The notes under the pieces: generated by a model | What the model was told of the DNA's origin: nothing | Database searches by the model: none | The model's input: the letters and a program-made list of their open reading frames with translations, nothing else | Part shown: positions 32,909 to 42,738 of the stretch, piece after piece | Layout: every line of letters starts with the position of its first letter | Numbering within the stretch: position 1 is the stretch's first letter | NCBI GenBank assembly: GCA_010909165.1 | Contig: VJWM01000203.1 | Span: 124,001 to 188,000 of the forward strand | Reading direction: 5' to 3' | DNA: 64,000 nt | Source of the DNA: Anthoceros angustus | Lineage: Eukaryota > Plantae > Anthocerotophyta | Translations under genes and position numbers: made by a program

Positions 32909-35275
32909 ATGCTCACATGTTGTCACTTGTTTGGTAGCAGGGACCAACTTGGCTGTGGGGATCATGCACATCAGGTTGAGATTTTGTGCAAAGCTGGAAA
33001 GATGACGGAGGCATTGGCTGTGCTGGTTTGTATGGAACAGCAGGGGAGTGTCCCTTCCGTGCACCTGTGTAAGAGCTTGTTGCAGGTGTGCTTGCAACAG
33101 AAGAAAGGCTTTGCCCAAGCCCAAGCCCGAACCCATGCCCAAGCCCAAGCCCAGGTCAGGTGCATACATGCTCTTCTGGCAAAGTACGGCTTGGATTGCA
33201 ACGCCTGCGTGGGAGAGCTTCTGGTTGCCGCACTTGTTGGCGCTGGGAGCTTTGCAGAGGGAGTCCAGTTGTTCCGGAGCTTGCCACAGCGAACCTCCTT
33301 CTCTTGGACAGCCCTTGTGTCAGGTTATAGCGACAGGGGCCAGTGTCGGGAGGCTCTTTCCTGTTTCCAGCACATGCAACAGGAAGGCGTGCAGCCCAAC
33401 AACTACACGTTTGTCAGCTTACTGAAAGCATGCAGCAGGGCCAAGGATCTGGAGCAAGGCAGGCACATTCACGCTGCGGTTGCAAGGTATGGATCTGAGT
33501 CAGATGCTTTTGTTGGCAGCAGTTTGGTAAGTATGTATGCCAGATGTGGCAGCATTGTGGATGCACAGCAAGTGTTTGATAGATTATCGGTGCGAACTTT
33601 GGTGACCTGGAATGCGATGCTCGCAGGGTACAATCATCAGGGGGATGCTGAAATGGCCTTGCAGATGTACTGGCAGATGCAGAGAGAAGGGGTCAGCCCA
33701 GATGCGCGGACGTTTGTGAGTGCCCTTCGAGCATGTGGGAATCTTGCTGCAAAGGAGGAAAGTACAGTTGTGGATGGGCGGGATGTGAAGCTGCTGTCAC
33801 TGCACACCGGGAAGGAACTGCATGCTGCAGCTGCTCCAATGGGTTTCCAAGCGGATGTGTTTGTGACTAGCATCTTGGTAAGCGTCTATGCGAAGTGTGG
33901 GAGTGTAATGGATGCACGACAGGTGTTCAATTCGAATGCGAAGCGCGATGTGGTGTCGTGGACTGCCATGCTGACAGCATTTTGTCAGCAGGGCCTAGGA
34001 AAAGAGGCCCTGCAGATCTATCGACAAATGAGGGGAGAGGGTTTGAGGCTGGATGTATGGGCCTTTGTCACAAGTCTCCAGGGTTGTGGCATGGTTGCAG
34101 ACAAGGAGAAAAGCGTCCTTGTGGATGGGAGGATAGTCAAGGTAGACTCACTGCGGCAGGGTAAGGAAGTACATGCGGAAGCTGTGAGAATGGGATTTGG
34201 ATCAGATGATTTTGTCAACAGTGCAGCAATATGTATGTATTCAAAGTGTGGGAGCATCAAGGATGCAGAGCGGGTGTTCCACTCTTTGTCCAAGCATGAT
34301 TTGGTGTCTTGGACTGCCATGATTTCGGCATATGCTCAGCAGGAGCAGGGAGAAAAAGCCTTGCAACTTTATGCCCAGTTGGAGGAAACGGGCATGACAC
34401 TGGATGAGGGCACGTTTGTGTCTATCTTGGAAGCATGCAGTCGCGCAGGGGCCTTGAGCACCTGTGTCCAGATCCATGGGAGGATACGAGAGAGTGGATT
34501 TGAGCAGAGTCTTTGTGTGGCAAACAGTCTCATTCATGCATACAGCGAGTGTGGGAGCATGCAGGATGCTCAGAACGTGTTTGACTCATTGCCCCAGCCT
34601 GATGTCATATCGTGGACGGCGCTAATTGCTGGTTACGCTCGCCAAGGAAGTTTTGAGTTGAGTGTGGAGTGCTACGAGAGAATGTGTTGGAAAGGAGTGA
34701 AACCAAACGGAGTCACATTCATCTCTTTGCTATTGGCATGTACTCATGCCGGCATGGTGGAGAAAGGACTGGAGTTGTTTGGAAACATGAGCAAGGAGAA
34801 TGACATTTCTGTGGAGCTCGAGCATTATGCTTGTGTCATCGATCTGGTCAGTCGTGCTGGGCTCTTCAGCATCACAGAAATTATGCTTTCGCAGATGCCC
34901 ATGGAACCTGATTTGACGCTGTGGTTGTGTTTGCTGGGTGCCTGTCAAAAACATGGTAACGTGCTGCTTGGGAAGCGTGCCTTCCATGGTGCTGTGGGAT
35001 TGGAGCCACAGCACTCTGCAGCATATGTGCTGATGGCAAACATCTATACGAATGCTGGATTCTGGGACTGTGCGCAGGAAGTAAATACTTTGAGACTGTG
35101 TGCAGGTGCATGGAAGAACCCTGGCCAGAGCTGGATCCAGCATGAACAACATGTGCACACATTCCTCGTGGGCGATCGCAGGCATGAACATGAGGCAATG
35201 GTTTATGCTTTGCTGGATCATTTAAGCACAGACCTGAAGCAGGTGGGGTACATTGGCCTCACAGATTCTGGATGA
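32909..35275 (+). CDS. PLS-class PPR, E+ (PG box), with two insertion-bearing L motifs
   Basis: 788-aa uninterrupted ORF ending WKNPGQSWIQ...HTFLVGDRRH...GYIGLTDSG, stopping before the HxE motif. Confidence 0.92.
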   Translation: MLTCCHLFGSRDQLGCGDHAHQVEILCKAGKMTEALAVLVCMEQQGSVPSVHLCKSLLQVCLQQKKGFAQAQARTHAQAQAQVRCIHALLAKYGLDCNACVGELLVAALVGAGSFAEGVQLFRSLPQRTSFSWTALVSGYSDRGQCREALSCFQHMQQEGVQPNNYTFVSLLKACSRAKDLEQGRHIHAAVARYGSESDAFVGSSLVSMYARCGSIVDAQQVFDRLSVRTLVTWNAMLAGYNHQGDAEMALQMYWQMQREGVSPDARTFVSALRACGNLAAKEESTVVDGRDVKLLSLHTGKELHAAAAPMGFQADVFVTSILVSVYAKCGSVMDARQVFNSNAKRDVVSWTAMLTAFCQQGLGKEALQIYRQMRGEGLRLDVWAFVTSLQGCGMVADKEKSVLVDGRIVKVDSLRQGKEVHAEAVRMGFGSDDFVNSAAICMYSKCGSIKDAERVFHSLSKHDLVSWTAMISAYAQQEQGEKALQLYAQLEETGMTLDEGTFVSILEACSRAGALSTCVQIHGRIRESGFEQSLCVANSLIHAYSECGSMQDAQNVFDSLPQPDVISWTALIAGYARQGSFELSVECYERMCWKGVKPNGVTFISLLLACTHAGMVEKGLELFGNMSKENDISVELEHYACVIDLVSRAGLFSITEIMLSQMPMEPDLTLWLCLLGACQKHGNVLLGKRAFHGAVGLEPQHSAAYVLMANIYTNAGFWDCAQEVNTLRLCAGAWKNPGQSWIQHEQHVHTFLVGDRRHEHEAMVYALLDHLSTDLKQVGYIGLTDSG

Positions 35276-35816
35276 TGAGGGGGAGCAAAGGAGACATGTT
35301 GGGAGCACCTAGTCATGTAGCTTCTGGCCTTGGGCAGGTTCTGGAACATGTGTGCTGAAACTTCCCCCCAATCTGAGATCAACTTCGTGCCGAACTTCAT
35401 ATCTGCTTCCTGGTTGCGTGGCCAGGCGAGCTAACGACAACAGAAAGCAATTTTGCTAACGGAGGAGATCGTCCGTCATCCTCTCTCGCAAGAAACGCTG
35501 TTGCCTTCAGAAACGGAGGTGGGTTATGTGCAGGTTCCTATTAGAAAACGCTTCTGCGTCGGAAAACGCTGCCAAAGCTTAACTTCGCATGAGCCCCGAT
35601 CTCGCTTGGCTAGGGCTGGAAAACAGATTTGTCCTCATCAATCTCTTTTTTCCCAGACATTCCTTCTCCACACATCATCGCGTAATATAAACGACCAACG
35701 CATATGCCAATCTCTTGAGCTTTACTCTCATCAAGGTTCTTCGGTTGTGCTGTGGTAAGTTCCCTTTGAAGAACTTGCACCCCTTTCGAAGGGCTGGTGG
35801 AGCCACATCTCGCCTA

Positions 35817-36393
35817 TCAAAATCGTCTGTCCGAATCCCTAAAGCTTCTAGAGACCTGCACGTCCAGTGAAAGCACAAACTTAAGCCTCTGAAAGGTGAA
35901 GGTGAGGTCTCAGGTCACGATTGCGAACACACTAACCTCTGCCCTGAAGCTTTCGGAGATCTTCTTCACTTGCTCGACCACTCCCGCTTTAGTTTCTTGG
36001 CCTGTCACAAGGCATCAGATTGGACATCGCGGTTAGCCACCGAGCTAGCCTATTACACATGGCCAGAAGACTCGATGGTTTTGCTACCTTCATAAAAGAT
36101 AACCCCCCTATGAAGCTAGCCTAACCTAACCTTTCAGTGCAAGCTCTTCAAGCTTCTTCGAGGACTGAACGGCAAACCGTTGAAATGAAGGACTGCACAT
36201 CCCAACAACCATTCAAATTAATCTCACTGTCACCCTTGAAAAGCATTCCTTCTGCAAAATACCCTTGCAGAAGGTAACCAGCGACAGATTTGCAGAATTT
36301 TTGCAGGAAGTCATACTTGTTAGCAAGCCGATCTACCAGCATCTCGTTCACCACATACTGCATGACCCTAGCGAGGAAACCTCTGCCAGACAT
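35817..36393 (-). CDS. Small conserved 80-aa protein (NCBP2-AS2-like family as I recall it); exons 36393-36317, 36192-36131, 36001-35937, 35855-35817
   Basis: Spliced product MSGRGFLARVMQYVVNEMLVDRLANNPSFQRFAVQSSKKLEELALKGQETKAGVVEQVKKISESFRAEVSRSFRDSDRRF; all three introns are GT-AG and phase-compatible. Confidence 0.75.
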
Positions 36394-37848
36394 CTTGCCG
36401 CTGCGTCAATTCCAAACTGCTGGGATGCACACAGAAAATGCTGCCCACAGTAAGGCCAGGAAACCGAGAAGATCGACCAAAGCCGAAGAGAAATCCAATC
36501 CATCCCCTCCACCCCTAGATTACAAGAGGATCCGGACCCAAACCCTGGAAACTGCGCGTGGATCCTGCGATGCTGCAGAGCCGCGCGGTATGCACGGCCC
36601 TGCCTGGGCGATATGGTTTACCGACTACAAATCAGCCACACGGCGAACCCTGTGAAATCCGACAAGCTTTTGGGGGCATTGACCGAGTGGAAACGTGGAA
36701 ACCGGATCACATACATACATATATAGTAATACAAGTGGGCGAAAAAGGTCTCGATTCACACAGAGTGTTGGGAAAATGAGACAAAGGCAGGAGCACGACC
36801 CGTGTGCGAGCTCCAAGGCTGTGCAGAAGAAGACGCAAGCAGCTGCTACCTGAAGAAGACAGAGGCGCAGCGACCATGTATCTGCATCGGCTTCGATTCC
36901 TCGGTAGCTGCAGGAGCGAATGGCTGTTGATTATGGTGGGAATCTCTGAGTCTCTTGATCAAGCTTGCTTGAGATCGGAAACCTGACATTGCGGCGGAAG
37001 GGACAAGCCAGAGGATCGCCGTGCGCACAGCTCAAAGAATTGGACTGTAACCCTACATGAGTATGGTGTGGGGGTAAAAATTGGCTCCTTCGCTGAAAGG
37101 CAAAAGATCTGCTTTCCAAGCCTTCATCACCAGAATCACCGTCGACCTTGTCGTCCTCATCCGATGAATGTCTTGCTGTGCGCTTGCTCGTGGTGGCGGC
37201 CGTTTTTTAGCCCATTTGGCCCTAAGTTTCTTCTCGAGGGGGCTCGGAGTTGCAACCTGTTTCTGCGGCAAATGCATGACTCCTAATCCGACCCCTAAGC
37301 CACCAGCGGCAGACATGCGTTAGATGCTGTTTCCCATTGTACAGCAGTCTTTACACCATTCCACTCACAAACCTGGGAGGCCGCGAAGCATGGATGCCGG
37401 CTGAGCCTCTTCCTCGGAGGCAGTGTCTGCACCCCCACTCGTGTTCTTCGTCCAGCGATCGCTTCCATTCCACCTGCCACTTTTTTATTGCTTCAATTCA
37501 AGGGCACAGCGGTCTCTACAGAACTAACCCACGAAATGCCCGAGGCAATTTCTAGAGATCTTTCTCCAAGAAACAGCTGGCCCTCCTTCAGCTAGAGTAA
37601 GGCGCGCTTGACCACCGCGGCGGCATCGCTTGCAGGGGAGCCGATTGCAAACAAGGGATCATCATCCGTGACGTTTTAGAGATGCCAGAGATCGCAGCAC
37701 TTCGTATATCTATACTTCGCCTCGCGGGTTGGTTTCTCCAATTTTTCGAGTACCTAGCTCCCGGAGTACAATCGGACGGGAGACAGGCTAGCCCTAAACT
37801 GCTTTCAATATTGCAGCGCTCATTTCTCATTTCGTGTGGATACTCACA

Positions 37849-38530
37849 CTAACGGACTGGGATCTTGATCCAGTCATTGGCGAAGGCGATTCCAAGAATA
37901 ATAAACGGGGACAGAAGTCCTAAAATCGCAATGTAGGGCAGGGGAGACGACATGGGTCCCTTGCCAGCCTTCTCATCTGCAGTCTGCCAATACCTGCGGC
38001 CGGGGAACCACGCAGACGTGAGTGGGATAGAGATTGAAGCAATGAAAGGGCAGGCAGAGAATGCTCGCTGAAAACTGCATCCCATCCTCCACCTGCGTAT
38101 GCTGAGGAACACAAAGGCATGTATGCTCCGGCCCTTGTAGATGGTAACGAGGCAGGCAGGCAGGCAACGCAGAGAGACAGGCACACGATGCTTGCTTACT
38201 GCTCCGGTTCTTCCTCCTTGCTGATGAACTTTTTCTTATCTTCCTTCCCGCTCCCACCACCCTCTCCACCTACGGGAGCAAGCCACACAACTTTACAGCA
38301 AAGGGATGTTGGAGAACGGCAAGCAACAAAACGAGTGTGATTCCATATTTCGTCGTACCGAAGAGGGCACGGGCCGGAGCTTGGCAGCTACTTCTCCTCC
38401 CAGCGGAGTGAATGGAGAAAAATTTAGCTTCTACTTGTCGGCCCGGCCGCAGACATGCCGCTACCGACGGTCGCAAGCAGTAGTTGCTGTGAACCAAGGA
38501 GCTCATGGCCATAGCAGACGCCGCCGCCAT
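37849..38530 (-). CDS. Small plastid-targeted single-TM protein of unknown function (128 aa); exons 38530-38359, 38269-38200, 37993-37849
   Basis: Ala/Ser-rich transit peptide, then KKKFISKEEEPEQYWQTADEKAGKGPMSSPLPYIAILGLLSPFIILGIAFANDWIKIPVR; GT-AG junctions are in phase; resembles a conserved land-plant uncharacterised protein. Confidence 0.75.
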
Positions 38531-38715
38531 GGCTCTATCCAACCACGTCCTGTCACAAGGAAGATATGTAGATAAAGAAGGGAGAGATCGAGGGTATGTG
38601 TTTGCCGCGAGCGTTTTGCTTCGAGCACGTCAGCTGAGGGAGATAATATATGTGCAATACGTAGAGTAGCCGGGCCTGGCCCAGCGGTGGCCGCCTGGCC
38701 AGTGGCCAGGCCAAC

Positions 38716-39657
38716 CTAAAGGCTTGCATACATTCGGATGATGTGATTGGCTAGAAGAGTTGTGTTTGCCTCGTGACCACTCTCAACAGCGAGAGCGTGA
38801 GGCTCATGAGCTCGCCTGCTGGACAACCGCATCTTCCTGTGCAAGATGCATCCTTCTCGAGAACGTGGAAAGAAGGTGTTGGAGGGGTGTAGGACCTGGC
38901 TGTCCAGGAATGCGCAACGGGAGAGCGCGGATTCTTCTTGAGAAGAATTATCACTGCTCATCAGCCGAAGGCAAAGGCCGATAATAGTCTGTCACTCTCA
39001 CCTTGCAATCACTCAGGCTGTCCTGCACCAGAGGGTCCAAGGTTCTCACCCCCGAACTCCTGCATCCCCTGAACGCTAATTTGAGCCATAATCGGACAAG
39101 AAAGCACCTCCATCAGACAGATGGAGGTGCAATTGTAAGCACTGTCCGGACCTCTCGCAGCAGCGTTGGGGTCCCATCCGACCTGGCCGGATGCTGTGCA
39201 GCCTCCACCAGTCTGTGCTGCAGAGTCCTAGCTCCCCATGGACTCGAGGTGCCTCCTCTGCCACACAGATTCAAGCAGTTGAGCGTCCCACCAACACCTG
39301 CTGCTGCTGGCCTTTGCATCAATGGCGACAACATAACGTTGCCAAGCCTCCAAAAACTATTACCTTGTTGTCCCACCACTTTGGGGAGTCTGTCAGATCC
39401 GGGCTGCCAAGACCTGTGTGAACACGGTGAAAGCATCTCAATCGTGAAGCTCTGGAGCAAGGCAAAGAGAGGAAGAGCATCTCGGACCTCTTGGTTCTGC
39501 ATTCAGCGAGGATGGTATGTTCCGTCAAGAGCCTGATCATATTCTATGTGTTGTGTGCTCGCAGGCTGCATCAAACAGGGACAGCTGTCTGGAACTGGAG
39601 CCTGGTCCAACAGCAGATGCGACACACCCACACCCTTCTTCACCGTTCTCGAAACAT
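38716..39657 (-). pseudogene. Degenerate 5' stub paralogous to the DYW:KP gene at 29080-32079
   Basis: 39040-39400 is colinear with 31495-31860. ORF 38716-38961 gives HALAVESGHEANTTLLANHIIRMYAS versus HALALKSGHESNTFLANHIIRMYAS. The leader exon homolog (ATG at 39657) is frameshifted. Confidence 0.8.
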
Positions 39658-39722
39658 GACCTGGAATTCAAAACTTCAAAATCGCTGCTGTCATATGCCT
39701 GCCGTCAGGAGCATTTGTGGCA

Positions 39723-42533
39723 ATGATCTCCTTGTTGAGCAGATCTGCTGCGAGGACAGCTGGACGCACTTGTCCTGAACCTGGCGGGTTGGCACGGTGT
39801 GAAGGCATCTCAATCGTTAAATCCTGGAACAGGCAAAGGGAGGAAGACGAGCATCTGGAGTCTATTATCACAGCCTTGGACAACTTGGTTCAGCGAGGGT
39901 GGTATGTTCCGTCAACAGTGTTATACATCATCCTTAAGGGCTGCATAGAAAAGGGCGATCTGGTGGTAGGAAGGAGGGTTCATGATCTTGCACAAACAGG
40001 TGGGCACGGGTCGAACGCCTTCTTATCCAACCACTTCATCCGCATGTACGCTTCTCATGGACTACTGGAGGAAGCAAGGCAGGTATTCAGCAGCCAAGCT
40101 GCACCGGACGCCTTCATGTGGGCTTCCATGATTCTGGCATATGCCGAGCATGGATATCCTGTGCAGGCTGTGAAACTGTACCGACAGGCGCAAGTACAGT
40201 CGAAGGTGATGCCCGACAGTCACCTATTTGTTGCGGCCCTGAAAGGATGTGCCTCTGCTGCGGACTTGACAGCTGGCAAGCAGATCCATGCCGACATTCT
40301 GACAAGCTCAGTGGAGCCCAATGTGTTTATGGGCAATGCCCTTGTGGACATGTATGCAAAGTGTGGGAGCTTGGAAGATGCTCGCAGAGTTTTTGACAAA
40401 TTGCCCTTGAAGGATGTGGTGACATGGAATGCCATGATCGGAGGGTACGCACAGCATGGGCTCGGTCATGAAGCCTTGGCACTTTGCACCAGTATGCAAT
40501 TGGAGGGCATCACTCAATCCAGTCGTGTTACCTTCGTATGCCTGTTGAGTGCTTGTGCCAGCATCGGTGCCTTGCACAGGGGAAAGGAGCTTCATTCGCA
40601 GATTCAGGAACAAGGACTGGAATCTGATATCGTGGTCGGGAACAGCCTGATAGACATGTATGCAAAGTGTGGGAGCCTAGAGGATGCTCGCACAGTGTTT
40701 GCCGGTTTGCGCAGCAAAGAAGTGAGGACGTGGAATGCTATGATTGCAGCATATGTGCAGCATGGGCTTGGGGAAGAGGCCCTCACTCTCTTCGAAGCCA
40801 TGCAACAGGAAGGCACCGCTAAAAAGAACGAAGTTACTTTCCTGTGCCTTCTAAAGGCTTGTGCTCTTGTTGGAGATTTATATCAAGGGAAGCGACTCCA
40901 TCGTGAGATTCAGGACAAGGGACTAGAGGCTAATGCCTCCATCGGCAGTAGCCTGGTGGACATGTATTCAAAATGCGGCAGCGTGGATGACGCTCACCAG
41001 GTGTTTGCTGCATTGCCTGTGAAAGATGTGGTGACCTGGAATGCAATGCTTGCAGGATACGTTCGTCATGGCCTTGATCAAAAAGGCCTCGCTTTGTATG
41101 CAAGCATGCAACAGGCAGGCATCACACGACCAGATGATGTCACACTTGTGTGCCTCCTGAAGGCATGTGCCAATGTCGGAGCATTAAATGAGGGCAAGAG
41201 GCTCCATTACCTGATTCGGGAGAGCAGAGTTGAATGTGATGTGGTAGTTGGCAGCAGTCTGATTGATATGTATGCAAAATGTGGGAGCATAGAGGAGGCT
41301 CGTGACGTGTTTGATAGACTGCCCTGCAAAGACGTAGTGACATGGACTGTTCTGATCACGGCATACACAGAGCAGGGGCACTGTCGAGAAGCTCTTACAC
41401 TGTATAGGAGAATGGAACAGGAGAGCATCATTCCAGCCAGTCCAACGTTATTTGTGTGCCTCCTCAAAGCATGTGCACGGATTGGAGCCATACATCAGGG
41501 GAAGAAGCTTCACTCCCGGATCCGAGAAAGGGGACTTGAGGCTGATATTGTGATTGCCAACAGTCTGGTGGACATGTACGCAAAGTGTGGGCGCCTCGAG
41601 GATGCTAGAGCAGTGCTTGATGGATTGCCCACAAGAGATGTTGTGACCTGGACTGCTTTGCTGAACGGCTACAGCCTGCACAGCAACAGCCAAATGGCCT
41701 TTCAGTGCTTCCGTGAAATGCAGCAGGACGGGGTGACACCTGATGCTGCTGCTTTCACTTCTCTTCTTGTGGCATGCAGTCACAGCGGTCTGGTGCAAGA
41801 AGGTAAGCAGTTGTTCAAGCTGATGGTGGAAGGGTACGGCATCACCCCCTCGGTTCATCACTTTACTTGCATGGTTGATCTGCTCGGCCGGTCAGGCTAC
41901 CTAGATGAGGCAGTAAACATGTTGCAGACCCTGCCATTTGAGCCTGGTGCTGTGGGATGGACTTCTCTTTTGAGTGCCTGCCAAAGCCATAACAATGTGG
42001 ACCTTGCAAACCGGTGTTTCGACCACCTTGTCAGACTGCAACCTCAGAACTCAGCCGCATATGTGATGCTAGCTAACATATATGCACATGCCGGTAGGTG
42101 GAAGGACGTAGATAGAATAGAAGGCTTAAGGAAGTCTGCAGGTGCATGTAAAGAGCCCGCAAGGGCCTGGATTGAGGTGAGCAATGCGGTTCACATGTTC
42201 TGCGTTGGAGAAGAAAGGGCCGACGTTTCCTACAGGCTCAGGAGCGTCAGGGTGCGGTTAGAGGAGGACAGCCATGTGCCGTGTGAAGGCACAGAGGAAG
42301 GCTATGGCGATACTCTGTGTGGACATGCCGAGAAACTGGCATTGGCCTATGGTCTCCTGAACACTCCAAATGGTACAACTTTGCTCGTCACAAAAAACCT
42401 CCGCATGTGCAATGACTGTCACAGTGGCACTAAGAGGCTGTCGAGGATCGAAAAACGAGAGATCATAGTACGAGATGTACACCGCGTTCATCACTTTGTG
42501 GACGGGTTTTGCTCATGCGGAGACCTACGTTGA
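39723..42533 (+). CDS. PLS-class PPR with DYW:KP-type domain (candidate U-to-C editing factor), C-terminus DLR
   Basis: First ATG at 39723 (39717 is GTG); Arg/Ser-rich N-terminus; KEPARAWIEV...LCGHAEKLA...CNDCH...HHFVDGFCSCGDLR. Confidence 0.9.
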   Translation: MISLLSRSAARTAGRTCPEPGGLARCEGISIVKSWNRQREEDEHLESIITALDNLVQRGWYVPSTVLYIILKGCIEKGDLVVGRRVHDLAQTGGHGSNAFLSNHFIRMYASHGLLEEARQVFSSQAAPDAFMWASMILAYAEHGYPVQAVKLYRQAQVQSKVMPDSHLFVAALKGCASAADLTAGKQIHADILTSSVEPNVFMGNALVDMYAKCGSLEDARRVFDKLPLKDVVTWNAMIGGYAQHGLGHEALALCTSMQLEGITQSSRVTFVCLLSACASIGALHRGKELHSQIQEQGLESDIVVGNSLIDMYAKCGSLEDARTVFAGLRSKEVRTWNAMIAAYVQHGLGEEALTLFEAMQQEGTAKKNEVTFLCLLKACALVGDLYQGKRLHREIQDKGLEANASIGSSLVDMYSKCGSVDDAHQVFAALPVKDVVTWNAMLAGYVRHGLDQKGLALYASMQQAGITRPDDVTLVCLLKACANVGALNEGKRLHYLIRESRVECDVVVGSSLIDMYAKCGSIEEARDVFDRLPCKDVVTWTVLITAYTEQGHCREALTLYRRMEQESIIPASPTLFVCLLKACARIGAIHQGKKLHSRIRERGLEADIVIANSLVDMYAKCGRLEDARAVLDGLPTRDVVTWTALLNGYSLHSNSQMAFQCFREMQQDGVTPDAAAFTSLLVACSHSGLVQEGKQLFKLMVEGYGITPSVHHFTCMVDLLGRSGYLDEAVNMLQTLPFEPGAVGWTSLLSACQSHNNVDLANRCFDHLVRLQPQNSAAYVMLANIYAHAGRWKDVDRIEGLRKSAGACKEPARAWIEVSNAVHMFCVGEERADVSYRLRSVRVRLEEDSHVPCEGTEEGYGDTLCGHAEKLALAYGLLNTPNGTTLLVTKNLRMCNDCHSGTKRLSRIEKREIIVRDVHRVHHFVDGFCSCGDLR

Positions 42534-42738
42534 TGGCAACCAAAGTAGTGTGCCATCCCATCTCCAGATGGCCTGGCATTGGCCGTCTGTATGGACATTC
42601 ATCAATGCAGAGTGGAAAAGTGGGAGCTTGCAGTCTCTTGGCAAGCGACAGGCGAAGGCAGGCACCAGCCAAACATTCTGGCAGACATCACATTGTAGGA
42701 AGGTGTGGATGTTGAATCCGTGAGGTCAGAGCTCGCCC

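Noticed and set aside
36400-37830. Several short ORFs between the two small genes
   Set aside because: No recognisable domain and no consistent splice model.
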